A stretch of 64,000 bases of DNA from Octopus sinensis. Lineage: Eukaryota. Position 1 is the first letter of the stretch. Each line of letters begins with the position of its first letter. The notes beneath the pieces were generated by a model that saw only the letters and a list, made by a program, of their open reading frames with translations, made no database searches and was not told where the DNA came from. The stretch spans positions 46,438,001 to 46,502,000 of the forward strand of contig NC_043007.1 of assembly GCF_006345805.1 (NCBI RefSeq), written 5' to 3'. The position numbers and the translations under genes were made by a program. Below are positions 40,420-54,319 of this stretch, in pieces.

Positions 40420-40719
40420 TATTGTCTTCGAAGTGTAGGTAGCTACTCCCACTAAAACCTCCACTAACATCTAAATTCTAGTAGATTCGAGTCTATTTTT
40501 CTAAACTCATTCTGTACAAATTCATCAGAATTAACGTAAGTATTTGAGCTCCGTCGCTGATACAAATATGTTAAAGCAGTTTGCTTTCCATTTGTGTTTG
40601 AAGTCTATGCAGTCATCTGACGAAAGTGGTTTCTTTGCAATGGTGTAATGTCTCAATTAATCAATTAAAGGAATCGCTTGAAACGGCTTTAATGAGCTGA
40701 TGCCTGTTCATCTTTGTTA

Positions 40720-40720
<1 letters not shown>
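40420..40720 (+). mobile_element. PLE-like 3' terminus with a hammerhead fold lacking its cleavage dinucleotide
   Basis: CTGACGA 40617-40623, 13-bp stem II, GAAAC 40680-40684, stem III and stem I present, no UH. Upstream KTSTN..IL..ESIFL weakly resembles a GIY-YIG C-terminus. Confidence 0.5.
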
Positions 40721-40809
<89 letters not shown>

Positions 40810-41580
40810 TTAGCGATAGAGGAACACAGCTTTAAAGGATCTAGTATTTCATTCATTCGCAACATATGTATATTTTAAAAGACAGAAAAATTTGAAAATC
40901 GGCTATAATAATGTAGTCTTCCAGTCTCGTTATTTTGAAAGTATGATGTTGTGGAGAACAAAATGGAGAAAAATATTACAGAGTTTTAAAACTTGAAAAA
41001 GCTGTATATTTTTAGCCAATACTGACACAGAAATTTTCCGCGTTTAGCGGACCCGTATCAACTTTAAGGTTGTACTCTGTGAAGTTTACAGTTTAGCATC
41101 TGACCTGTTCACTGTATGTTTCTAAATAAACAGAAATACCTAATAAAATCAACATGTATTATCTTACTGTTTCTTTCTGTTTCTTTTGTCTACTCATTGA
41201 TTGTATGGTTCTATTATTTTCTTTTTAATTTGTTATATTGATATATTTGTCTGCATGTGTTTACTTTATGCATATTTCAGTATTATGTATACCTGTCATG
41301 CATTTGTGTACATCATTAATATATAAGTGCATGTGGATGTATGTATTCATATATATAAGTTTATATATTCATTTATGAAGTGATGGGTGTATGTGTGGCT
41401 GTGTATGTGTGTCTGTCTCCAAAACTCCAAAGTTGAGTAACGTTTTCATACTTGGATTTGCAAATTACGATAAGAATAACAGTGGTCAACAAAGAATTTG
41501 TCCGAAGGAAAAATATCACATGCATCACATACGTTTTTGCATGCAGAATTTAAAAAATAATGTCAAATTATCTGTATCAC

Positions 41581-42036
41581 CCACGGTTTCTGGGATATTA
41601 CCCTTGGTCGACATAGGATGACCGTTGGCGCAAGATGGAAGCACTAGGCCTTGTTCAAAGAATATATTTTCAAAGTGACACACAATTCCTGGTCTCGTAA
41701 AGAGAAACCATTTAGTTTTAAATTTTTGAGCGAGAAGTAAGAAGTAACAGTACTACAGTGTAAAATCTATTTGCCAGCGTAAAGTGGAATGAAACTAAAA
41801 ATGGTAGTAACATCGTCTTAACCAGGACTGCAATTTACGCTAGCAAATAGATGTTACTCTGTAGTACTGTTACTACTTACTTCTAGCACAGAGATTTAAG
41901 ACTACCTGCTTTCTTCTTTACGAGACAAGTGTCTGTGTGTCACTATAAAAGTATATATATGAACAAGACCTAGTGCTGCCATCTCGTGCCAGCCGTCGTC
42001 CTATGCCGACCAAGGGAAATAACCCAGAAACCATGG
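41581..42036. mobile_element. Long fold-back element (~209-bp imperfect arms, ~38-bp spacer)
   Basis: 41581-41789 is the reverse complement of 41828-42036. A partial extra copy of the centre lies at 42163-42228. Confidence 0.85.
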
Positions 42037-42292
42037 TACACAGGTACCGTTTAAATCTGAGGGGGGTGGACATTACCTACCTTGTTCGAGGTCTAAAGAT
42101 GCAGTTTCCATCGGTAGCCAGCTCGAAAATATGTTGCCCTGGGGATATAAAAAAAGGAGGAACATCTTCCTAACCAAGACTGCCAATTTACTTTAGCAAA
42201 TAAATACTACTCTTTAGTACTGTTATTTTCTCAATATCGTTCTCTGCTTGCGTTGAGTGATGGCACACATTTTATTGAGATATATGTGTAAA

Positions 42293-42324
<32 letters not shown>

Positions 42325-43025
42325 CGTAGATTTATACCACACATACATAAACCACACATACCCACGCACAAACACGCGTACATACACACATGTATATGTA
42401 TGTATGCTTGTATATATGTATGCATAAATAAATAGTTACACAGAAATACACCTACAGATATCTTTATGTATACAAACATTTAAAGTAAATATTTTAGACT
42501 ATAAAATTACGTGTACTGATTTGCTTGTATTCCTATATTCGTATTCTGATACCTTTCAAACCTATGGAAACTAAGTACCTTATCAATTATTTTTTACATC
42601 GTCTATCCATTAACCCGTAAAATCTTAGCGTGCATGTGAAGTTCTAGTGTCATTTTATTACTAAAAAACAATATGGCCTCAAACAGGCCATCTAGATCCA
42701 AGAATCTATACGGCATTCTCACCAGTCCCTAGTTCAAAATAGAAAAGTACCGCTCTGGCAGTTGTTTATGCCCACAATCTTACGTTTCAACTCTAACACA
42801 AAAGACTATACTTCTGGTGCTAAGCCTTTCCGAAAGAACACCTGCATCACGTGCATGTACCATAACTGGGCAAAAGATGTCTTAGGTTTAGCTGCAGGTG
42901 CGTGTGTACTGGATATCTTTGTTTCAGTGATGGGTCAAAGCATCTTTAGAGTTCTGAAATAATTGAGCTAATGAACACGGTACTAGTTGGTTCTGCGGCC
43001 ATGCACAAATATATATATAATATAT

Positions 43026-43075
<50 letters not shown>

Positions 43076-43146
43076 CAAATATGTATATGTGTGTGTGTAT
43101 GTATGTATACATATACCTACATATACATGCACAAATGTATATATAA

Positions 43147-43197
<51 letters not shown>

Positions 43198-43244
43198 ATA
43201 TATGTATGTATGTATGTTTGTATGTATATGTATATATACATATA

Positions 43245-43550
43245 GGTGGAGGCGCAATGACCCAGTGGTTAGGGCAGCAGACTCGTGGTCGTAGGATCGC
43301 GGTTTCGAATCCCAGACCAGGCGTTGTGAGTGTTTATTGGGCGAAAACACCTAAAGCTCCACGAAGCTCCGCCAGGGGGTGCTGGTGATCCCTGCTGTAC
43401 TCTTTCGCCACAACTTTCTCTCACTCTTTCTTCAGTAGGCCTGCTCGCTTAGCCAGCGGACTGGCGTCATTTTAAGACTGAAACAATGCGAAGCGCATTG
43501 TGCCCAGCGATGTGTAGCAACATCTGATAGTCAGTCACGTAGCCACGTGA
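43245..43550 (+). mobile_element. tRNA(Arg)-like-headed SINE (OR-type octopus SINE by recall)
   Basis: A box cccagtggttagg, anticodon-like loop gactcgtg, B box ggtttcgaatccc, followed by ~230 nt non-tRNA body; no proper acceptor stem. Confidence 0.8.
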
Positions 43551-43556
43551 TGTATG

Positions 43557-43599
<43 letters not shown>

Positions 43600-43789
43600 G
43601 ATTGTGTGTATGGCCTTGTTTTTCTGAAAAAATAATGGAAGCGTGAAAGGTAACACATTAAATTTTCAATTAAGATACGCTAATCTTGCCTTCTAAGCAA
43701 AGTATCTTACTTGAAAGGACTTATAAATATATTTTGTCTGTTATATTTCGGAACGTAGCGATGTGTGCGGACGCGAATGCACGCGTGGT

Positions 43790-44200
43790 AGTTAGTTAGT
43801 TAGTTAATTTTTGGGCTCAAAAAGCAAAAAGCAAGGCCATGTAGGGGGACATGGAGTTATGTACAGGGTGGTGTTCATGTAAAGAGTTCAGGCCACTTGT
43901 GGTCAAGGGAGACTTTGAACCGAGCGGTCGTTGGCATCTTCACTATCTCGTCCGGCAGCTTATTCCACGGATCCGCAACCCGGACGGAGAAAGCCCCTCT
44001 CCTCCGATTGAGATGAAATCGTCGCAGATAGACCTTTTCAGAGTGACCCCGCAGCCGACGCTCTGGAAATGGAGTGAAGAACAGCTCTTTCGGGAGGTTA
44101 CACTTTCCGCTTATGATGTTGTGAGCAAGAATGAGATCACCACGGCGTCGTCGTTTTTCTAGAGAATAAAGGTCGAGCGTCTTCAGCCTTTCTTCTAGCC
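43790..44200 (-). mobile_element. CR1-clade LINE 3' fragment with (CTAA)n tail
   Basis: Open frame 43875-44198: LEERLKTLDLYSLEKRRRRGDLI...LRGHSEK...FSVRVADPWNKLP...FK..LD. Short 3' UTR and tetranucleotide tail. Confidence 0.92.
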
Positions 44201-44257
44201 CTCAATACTCCTGATATTTTTCTAGATGGTGGGTATATCTTTATCGAGAGTGTATAT

Positions 44258-44404
44258 CAGTGGTTCCCAAAGCTTTCATTGCCAAGTATCCCGTTTATTT
44301 AAATGAGTTTTCCGACGGACCCCAGGATATTGAAACGTCTGTCAGCTGAACATGATCACGGACCCCTAATACTACATTTGCAGACTACAGCTAGGAAAGT
44401 ACTG
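44258..44404. mobile_element. Degenerate hAT-type MITE
   Basis: Ends cagtggttcccaaa / taggaaagtactg; candidate 8-bp TSD gtgtatat / gtttagat (6 of 8 match). Confidence 0.55.
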
Positions 44405-47400
44405 GTTTAGATGTTGTAGTGTTTGGGGGCAGCAAAGTAATTTTAATCGTTTTTGTTATCAACCAGTATTTATCAACGTGCACTCTTAACATGACTAACA
44501 TCATACAAAAAACATCACCATTTTGCTATTCTTTTAAAAGTTAATATGTTTAATAGCAAGGTAGCACTGATCGAGTACACATTTTTTAAAATCCAGATTA
44601 CAGCAATGGCCTTCCTGTCTCTTCTGATATAACCGCAATTATCTTATGCCTGTCGATTTCGAATTTGGGGATATTTAGCTGTTATTTCTTTTCAGCAAAT
44701 AATCACGATATTATTCTGCTGTTGAATCATACTCAGTACAGTTTATGAAATCTAAACGAAATTATTCCCCAAAATTTATTAATATTTTTGGTTAGATAAT
44801 GTCATGTTACCAAATATCAAGGAAATAAATCATGTTTGAGAAACAAGAGATTGCTTGAAAACGAGATATCATTCCGCTTGGCTATATGTTCCAGTAAACG
44901 CACCACCACCTCCTCAGCATAAACCACTTTTCATTTCCTCTTTATGTCTTGTGTAAAAACAATAATCGAATTGAAAAAATTCTATATTTCATCTATGCAT
45001 GAATATATTCTGATCTATGTATCTCCATGCTCCTCAAAATAGTCTTTATATTTATTCAGTTATTATTAATTTTTCTTGCCTTTAACATTATTAAAATTCA
45101 TTTGAGATTTCTGATGTTTGATGATTGTATTTTTTTTTGCTATGCTTAACAATATCTTTTGATGCTTTCCAACTACGAGGAAGCGTCTTTTGATCTTCCA
45201 CACAGACAAACAAGTACTCATGCATTAGTGTGTGTATGTGTGTGTATGTGTGTGTGTGTGTATATATTTCTCTTACAAACATTTAATCATCTGCAAAGAA
45301 AGTGGTATAGATTTCTTCCTATTGAATTTTATCTCTTGTGATTGCACGTTGCGCTGTTACTTTAGAGAATGGCTGAGTTGTCCGTTTTAACAATTTAACA
45401 GACATTGATATTAGACATAACCTTACATGCTATAAATCAAATTATAAATTACAAGTGTGATACATAGAGGCACCATATTTTCGGTTTAAAAAGTCGAAAT
45501 CAGGCATTGAGATACAAAGAAAAACATGTTAGAAAAGAAAATTTACGATAATGATTGTAATATTTTACAGAAGAAAATTATATGTGGACATCAGAATAAT
45601 GGGAATTACAACAAAACGTATACAGGTTTCACGTCTGATATATACCCTAAATTCTTCGACAGTTAAATTTACAAATTCCTATTTTTCCGGTGTTGATTTT
45701 ATGAGACGTGGTAAAAAAACGTCATATTGAAAGTTTTACAAACTTACGCCTACATTATATATAGTGGCGTTAATATGCAGAATGTTAGACCGCGCGCGTG
45801 TGCGTATGGGTATTATATATATTTTTTTCCAACTAACACTCGAATTAAAATAAATACTAGACACATGTTCTGGAATGTGTATATTCGTTAGTGAGCTCCA
45901 GCTTAAAATGAACACACACACACACGCGCACACAGACTCATACAAACACACACACGTGTACATATATTTGCATATATGTATGTACGAATGAATCTAAAAA
46001 TGTAAATAAGTTTATATAACATGTGGAGAAACAGATGCAAATTAGCAGTGTCTGTAAAATCATGAAGATTAGATTTAAAACTCTACGGTAGGTGCAATCG
46101 TATAGGGAACCATCATGTTACTATGATCACAGACATGTCAGAACACTGGGAATTAATTCTGATTGTTTTGATAAATCCATTGATCTTACAAACTTATATG
46201 TTCGTACTCACTCACGCACTTTTGTCTCCCTCATCTATATATCAATGTTAAATGCTCTTACAGACTCACGACTACACAAATTATCTACAATAAACAAAAT
46301 GCGCTGACAATAAAATCAACATCCGCATAAATGCATGAGTTTTGTGTTTATCAAACTGAAAACACACATGCTCTATGTCTGAATTTTATTCCCCAAAGAA
46401 GAGTCCAGCTGTTCAATAACAAATCAGAGAAGCAGATACAGACCCAGATAAAACATACTGAAAAAGTTCAACGTGTATTTCCTCCAACAATAATTCAACA
46501 GCATCAACAACAACAACAACAACAACAACATAAACATAAACAATATGACGAACAGTCACGGTCAAAGCTAGCACAACTGATGACATATTAACCACCACTC
46601 AACAACCCTTCAAGGTCCAGCTACCCTCATGCTTTATTTCCTCAGAATACCATAGCCGGCCCACCATTATCTTTTCCTCATATTCTGTTACCACCACCAT
46701 CACTAATACCATTATATTTCACCTCTCACTTCTCTAATGTAAGTATGTATGTATCTATGTATGCATGTAATGCATGTATGTATTTATGAATGTATGTATG
46801 TATGAATAGGTTTTTCCTTGAGTATAATTCAAGTTCTTCTTGAGAGAGTTTAAGTCGGTTGCTGATAAGACAAGAAGAATTTTTGCGTTAAGAAAGTTCC
46901 CGGTGTTTGAGAATCGCGTTGGTATGTTGGTTAAACTGTCGATTGTGTGCATCTATTTGTGCATCTATTCGCATTATGTTCATCTATTCGCATAAGAATC
47001 TCACATAAAGAATTTCTAGAATGTCTTACATATCTCCACTGTCCCACTAATATATTGGATCTGGAGATCAACGGTAATTTCGTTTGCTCTTTTCTGTAAA
47101 ACCAAATACTTCAAGATTTTGTGTAAATTGGTTGGTACATGTATGTATATTATTATTCCCTTTTATTTCAAGATTTCTCGATAATAGTGAAAGAGCCGGT
47201 TTCTAACCTAGATCCAAGCTTCCTTCATTAGAATTTTAACATAAACAGCAGGGTATTTATGTATGCATATATGTATGTATATGTACACATTTGGATGTTT
47301 TGTTTTATGTATGTTTTCTCATGCATATACTTGCATATCTAGACATGCTCATGTATCTTTTAATGATAAACTTCTGTATGCATGTATGTATATATTATAG

Positions 47401-47530
47401 CCATCTAAACTTCATGATATATGTCTATACACAGTTGAAAAGCACGATAATGTCGCTTAACCACGGACAGTTGCATAGATTGAGAGATATACAGACAGAT
47501 AGAGGAACACATATCTAGAAAATTAAAATA

Positions 47531-47682
47531 CATATTTCTTTACTGCCCACAAGGGGCTAAACACAGAGGGGACAAACAAGTTACGCACCGGGGTCGATAT
47601 ATGACCCCAGTGCGTAACTGTTATATATATATAATCGAGCCCGAAAGGATGAAAGACAAAGTCGACCTCGGTGGAATTTGAA
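47531..47682 (-). mobile_element. SINE fragment (tail type 2) with an internal fold-back rearrangement
   Basis: Family match to 12446-12677; 17-bp hairpin at 47579-47619 replaces native sequence. Confidence 0.85.
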
Positions 47683-48711
47683 CGAAGAACTTGTATCTTT
47701 TACTCGGTATACCAAAAGAATCGTTACCTGCATTACTTGCTAGTATTGAAAACTGAATCGCCCGACGATCACAGAGCAACGACAGAAGACAGAGAATTTA
47801 TCAGTTCTCAAAAAACAAAGAAGTCTGTACAACCTCTCAGTGTGGGAAAGTTTTTCAGGACCTATCAGCTTAATATCGCCTTCTATTTCAAGCTACTTGG
47901 GGCAACAAAATATAATATTTAATATTAATTTACACTGATATTAAAAAATATAAATTGTAGCATGGATTGCTAAAAAATGCATAAACGATAATATTATCAA
48001 AAATAAATCCAGGTTTATCGTGACACTGCTCCGAGTCCCCGAAAGAACTATTGCGGGTGAAACTCAGCACTTTAACATGTTGTTTATCTCATTTCATAAC
48101 GTTTCTTTACGCAAACGCCAATACAGTGCAATTAGTCATACACCGCAGGGAGATTCTACAAAGGAAAACTAACATAAATATTCAATAGTTTTCGGATTTG
48201 TTTGTTTGCATTTGAGTTTGTGTGTGTTTGAAAATATGCGTTCTTGTGTTTTTCATGTTTGTGAAATAATACATAACTATTGATTTATATATTTAATAAA
48301 TAATTGATCACTTCAGTAAGATTAAACGTTGATCAAAATGAAGATGGTTCTATGATTTATACGCACTGTTTGAACAAAATTTAAAACGGAAGATTTATAT
48401 TCTCATGTGTATGTATGTATGTATGTATGTATGTATGTATGTATGTATGTATGTATGTATGTATGTATTTATGTATGTATGTATGTATGTATGCATGTAT
48501 GTATGTATGTATGCAAGTACATATGTGCATATGTATGCTGCATGCTACCCTTCGCAAGCGTACTCTACTCCAGTAGCAGGCAGACCAAATACTTCTTGTG
48601 AGTTTGGTTAGTAGAATCTGAAAGCCTGCTGTCTGTATGTGTGTGTGAGGGCAGATACATATATACATACATACTTATAAATATGTTTATATACATGTGT
48701 GTGTGTTTTTG

Positions 48712-48770
<59 letters not shown>

Positions 48771-48778
48771 ATACATAT

Positions 48779-48811
<33 letters not shown>

Positions 48812-48861
48812 ATATGTATATATATATATGAATGTATATATATATACTATTATTATTGTTA

Positions 48862-48895
<34 letters not shown>

Positions 48896-48902
48896 ATTTA
48901 TT

Positions 48903-49290
48903 GGTAACTGAGGGCTTCTCACTCAGAGTGAAGGGAGATCGCATGATACCAATTTACCTTCAGCTATGCTGAATGCCAGTTAAACATTGGCTTTGACTAC
49001 AAATGACTTGCAACGGCTTGAAAGAAATAAAGCTAGCATGCCCCTTGGATGGGTAATATCAGTGTTCACACAAGAAAGAGTGTAAATGATTTCAGAGGAA
49101 AACTGGGTATATGAGGTATCAGATGTTATGTGCAAGAGAGAAGACTGCGTTGGTTCGATTGTGTGATGCGTATGGATGAGGAGAATTTAATAAAGATGTG
49201 TCGAGCTCTACTTGGGAGAGAACTATGTAAGGGGCAGCCCTAGGAAGATGTGGGAGAAAGCGGTGAGAAAGGATGGCCGCGGTTCAATGG
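48903..49290 (+). mobile_element. RTE-clade LINE 3' remnant
   Basis: FSLRVKGR...WALTTNDLQRLERNKASM..WM..ISV...RGKLGI..IR..VQERRLRWF..VMRMDEE...PRKMW. Confidence 0.82.
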
Positions 49291-49374
49291 TGGAACCGAG
49301 TAGACGATAAAAGAGAAAGGAATGCAAGATATACAAATAAATATGTATGTATCTGTGTGTATACACATATATAC

Positions 49375-49423
<49 letters not shown>

Positions 49424-49457
49424 ATATATACATATATATGTATACATACATACATAC

Positions 49458-49488
<31 letters not shown>

Positions 49489-50219
49489 CACATATATATA
49501 CACACACTTATATATATATATGTACGTGTGTATGTGTCTCTCAATGTAGTTATCTGTATCTATATATCTCTGTGTGGGTGCATGCCTGTGTGCGTGTGTG
49601 TATGTGTGTTGCTGTTGCTGCTGTTGTTGGCATTATCAAATTATACACCTACGCATATTTATATATTCTTGTTTATAACAATGCCGGAGATTCATGGAAA
49701 TATTTTAACAGCCAACTATAAATGTGTAACAATAAATCTAATTTAATAGACAGAAATACTGTGATATATTGTGACGCATAAGGAAAAACAAATATGAGAT
49801 GAATTTGAATTACAAAAGTACTTGTGGATATATTCGTTAATAAAAACTTCGACGTTTCCTTCAGTTTGTAATTTATGTGAGGTAAAAATACTATGAAGTT
49901 ATTGATCACTTTCTTTAATGGAAATTAAACGAATATTACGACTGAGACGTGAGATTATGTGGTGTTAAGGTTTTGTAATGAATGTGAGATAAATTAGAAT
50001 GAAAGTTATCTGTATTTGCTTCTTGTTTACTTTATTTCATGTATATTCAGAATTCGTTGTCTGTAGAACTGCATCTTGAACACGTTAACAGAATTCAGTG
50101 AAAGTGTTTCTTTTAATCAATCGCATTCAACCTAGCCAACAATACAAAATGAGCTTCGTTATATATTTGTGATTAAAGTGTTCAATATAACAGGTATGAT
50201 TAGGAAAATACTGAAGATC

Positions 50220-50430
50220 AGTATATAATGAGATGAACTGCATTAATGTATAACAGTTCATCACTCCTTTCGTGGGGTTTTAGCGCGTTGTCTACAAGCT
50301 GAATGATTTTAATTATATGCAGCGCAATATATTTGAGGTTAAGCTGGTAACAGTCTTTTATACGACAGCTGCAACTTACAGAAGTTAACTTTATTGGATT
50401 GACTTGTACTGTAATGCCCAAAGGTACCTT
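50220..50430 (-). mobile_element. Possible Penelope-like RT C-terminal remnant
   Basis: LGITVQVN..KVNF and LVDNALKPHERSDELLYINA resemble the PLE motif GLKITIE.N.K.VNFLD..L...YKPYRKPND..LYI. Confidence 0.35.
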
Positions 50431-51369
50431 GCTACGAAAGGTTATTCTAGGTCGTCATAATTTAAGTATCTCGGTCATATAAATAACAAAAGCAAACGAA
50501 CTTCAATATATTTTATTATCACTATATTTAACGAAGGGACTATACGGATTTTGGTTAGTAGAATTGTTGTGACAGCCATTAAGTTCACAACAAGCAACAT
50601 AATATAACGAAAATGTGAATTTGCTGGTTGTAGCTCTATTTATACCAACAACCTCCTTATCTGTGAATTTTTGGTTTACAATCTTCCATTTCGCATATTA
50701 TAGTATATAACATAATTTACATCTAAGACGTTTATTTTCAGTTTCTAAATAAGAACAAATGTATTTAGTGTGAGAGTGACACAAGTACGGGAGATGTGAT
50801 TTATAAAATATTGTAATGTTTAAAATAATGTAATTAGCATTGTTTAATAGGTCAATTTATTATAAATATAAATTAATTATGTATTTTATTTGATATTTAT
50901 GATTGAAATATAATCTAGATTATATTTATATCATTTATATTAAGACTATAACTCTTATATTTATATTAAGAATATTACTCTTATATGACGTAAAAACATA
51001 ATTATATCTAAAAGCATATGTAAAGGTCTTACTAGTTAGGGTGTTGAACTCATGATCATAAATTTATGGTTTCGATTCCTAGACAGGGCGGCGCGTTTTG
51101 TTCTTGATCTAAACACTTCATTTCACGTTGTTCCGGGTCACCCAGCTGAAAAAAAAGAGTAGACGTGAGTCAAACCGGTGTCCAATGCAGTGCGGGAAAT
51201 AAATACGTCAAAAGAACCGGAAATCCAACCATATGAGTACATAACACTCGGGAAGTATCTTTATTTTAAGAAAACATAAATTTAATTTGGATCCATTCAA
51301 AGACATCTATATTACAATCATTCAATATATGAGATACATTATTTATAGGACTAAAATTTGATTTTTACT

Positions 51370-51772
51370 TTTTACTTCATTCAGTCATTACACTACGGCC
51401 ATACGGGGGCACCGCCTTGAGTCAAATGACACGAATGAATCGACACCAGTGCTTATTTTATAAACATGGCACTTATTCTATCCATGCGATTTGCGGAACC
51501 CTTAAGTTGCAGGGACATAAACGTACTGGCACCGGCTAACAAGCGGTCGTGGGGCAAACACACACACACGCAAACACATGTACACACACGCACACACACA
51601 CATACACACACACACATGTCTATATACAACGGGTTTTATTCAGGTCCCGTCTATGAAATCCGCTCACAAATCTTACGTCGGCCCCAAGCTGCAGTAGAAA
51701 ACATTTATCGAAGGTCCCACTGAACCCAGAACCATATGGCATGGAAGCAAGCTTCTCACCACACAGCTACGC
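51370..51772 (-). mobile_element. Full-length tRNA-derived SINE with internal (CA)n
   Basis: Minus-strand head gcgtagctgtgtggtgagaagcttgc..ggttctgggttcagt; tail shared with 14232-14283. Confidence 0.82.
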
Positions 51773-52511
51773 ATGTACTTAATATTGAAAGAAGTATTTT
51801 TGTATCACCTATATATGTGTATGTATACATTTTTTCACACGTATACAGGTAAGTTATTAGTATCTTAACGTTTTTTTTTCGAAAGACACTTTATATACTA
51901 CAAAATATATCCATAGTTTTTAGTTAACAGGTTGTGTAGACAAATGTAAAGGCATCTTGTATTCATATATTATAGTATATTGAACAGAAAAAATGGGGAT
52001 AATGCAGACGCTTCATCCTGATTTTGGATTTCTTTATTGACCATCTGCTCTTTAACCCTTCCACGGTGATACTTCTTATAATCTCCCAGTGGTCCGAAAA
52101 TCTCAAGTATATCGGATAGACTAAGTCGCTATATATATTGTTTTATTGGCAGCAAGTTTGAATAGCAAATATATCTAATATAATAATCGATTATTTAACC
52201 CTAGATTTATATACGATGGGGTTGCAAACATATTCCGTAAATACTGCATATCGTGTCAGAAACATATTAATCAAATTAGCTGCCATCCCCTACTATATAT
52301 GGTAATCGGAGGTTTATTAGACTTAGTTTAACCTATATCATTCGTGGTTGCATGATTAAAGTTTCCATGGTCATTTGAAGACGGCACTGAGTTGTTACTA
52401 ATATTACAACATTAACTGAAACTAAGATGGACTTTTTTCTTTCAACGTATGTATTGTGTATAAAAAGCAAGCTTTTATCTTTATCTATAATATATATGCA
52501 ATGTAAGACAG

Positions 52512-52712
52512 CAAGATGGCAGAATCGTTATAACACCCGGTAAAATGTTTAGCGACATTTCTTCCGTCTTTACGTTCCGAGTTTAAATTCTGCTGAAGTC
52601 AACTTTGCTTTTAATACTTTCGGGGTCGATGAACTAAGTACATGTTGATGACTGGGATCGATATAATCGAATTACACATCCCTCTAAATAGCTGGCCTTG
52701 TGCTAAAATTTA
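52512..52712 (+). mobile_element. Older tRNA-derived SINE, tail type 1
   Basis: gatggcagaatcgtta...gagtttaaattc..gaagtcaactttgc..tttcggggtcgat. Confidence 0.78.
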
Positions 52713-54319
52713 GGCTAAAATGTATAGACGTATTATTTAGTATAACACATACATATATACATAGACGCATTAGTCCGTGTAGGTGTATACAAACGCGTTT
52801 GTTTCTGTTATTCATTTGTTAAAAAGGAACGTTAAAACGCAAATGATAGTGAGATGAATGAAGTTATAAGCTGCTAGAAAATAGCATCGTCTGAAAACTG
52901 TGTGAAGAAACACTCTTTAATTTCATTCTGTTTTATACTGCCATGTTACTCGTATTTGTTTTTGAAATATTCCTTTCGTTATCGTTATGCGGATAGAAAA
53001 CAATATATCATACAAAAATAATCAAACTTGCATTTTCAATATTATTATTTTTTTTCAGAAATTATATATTTATTGCCTATTTTACTTTATTTGATTTCTT
53101 ATAATTTACAATTTCAACTCAACGCAGAAATTAGAATTAATTCACACGAATTTTTGACACTACATATATATATATATATATACACATATTATTGATTTTA
53201 TATCATGTTTACTTTTTCAAGAACTCATGAATGCCAACATAATTTACTGCAAAAAGACTAGCTCTTTAAGAATAGATTATTTTTATCTTTGAGAAAGTTT
53301 TTAGAACATTATATGATTTGATGTGTGCAATATTTTATTTCGAGAAAAAAATTATTATCTTATAAATTATGGAATCGTATACCGCCGAAGAGAAATAGAA
53401 GAAAACGGTATTTGAAAAATTTGAAAGAAATTATTCTATTGCATGTTCAACTACGAACAACATCTCTTTCATTAGGATATTTCAGAAAGAAAATATCTTG
53501 CTGGTGCAGACATTTCAATCATACTTCTGTGTAGTGTATTATTCTATCATCTGCCAACGACTAATTCGGTTTTATTGAATGGTTTTCTACTCCGAAGTAT
53601 TACATGTAAATGCAATACTCAACATAATATATTGCTTTAAAATATCATTGATTTATTTAAATAAGAAACAACAAATATTCATAGTATATATTGAATCTAA
53701 TCAAGAATATTGTTGGCATATATTTTGCGAATTGGGTTAAAATTATTTGGATTAAGCTCATATTTGGAAATGAAAGAATTTTCCATCTCAATGTTTATAT
53801 TTAACTACATGAAGGTTCATGACCTTAGAGTTAGGCTTTCAAGACTCCTGTCCCTTAGTTCACTGGTTCGATTCGTAAATCGAGTGGATTGTTGTATCTT
53901 TGAGCATGCTGTTATAGTTCCAGACTACCGCAATCCGATCATTTAAAATATACGTGTCAACCGATTGCTCTCCTTTTTTCATTATATATTGGACGCCGGG
54001 CAACTAAGGTTATTTTATATTTTCTAAATTTCGAATATTACCAGAGATTTGATGTAATCCCTCTGATAATTTTCTAGTTATACTATCTTCAAACTAAGTG
54101 GCATCCAATAAATATTTATGCACTGAGATTCCAACTTTATTCATATATACGAGTTAATACACCACCATAGGGCTATAAAAATAATATTTCTTATACCGAT
54201 GCTGAGTTGAATAAATTTTATCATGTGCCAGTTTTGTTCGCCATTATTATATACAAATGATAAGCGTACATAATTGAAAACCTGCCTGACTAGAATGGAA
54301 CATTAGACACAAATAGTTG

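Noticed and set aside
43245-43322. Possible tRNA-Arg gene
   Set aside because: Acceptor stem does not pair and the sequence continues into a SINE body.
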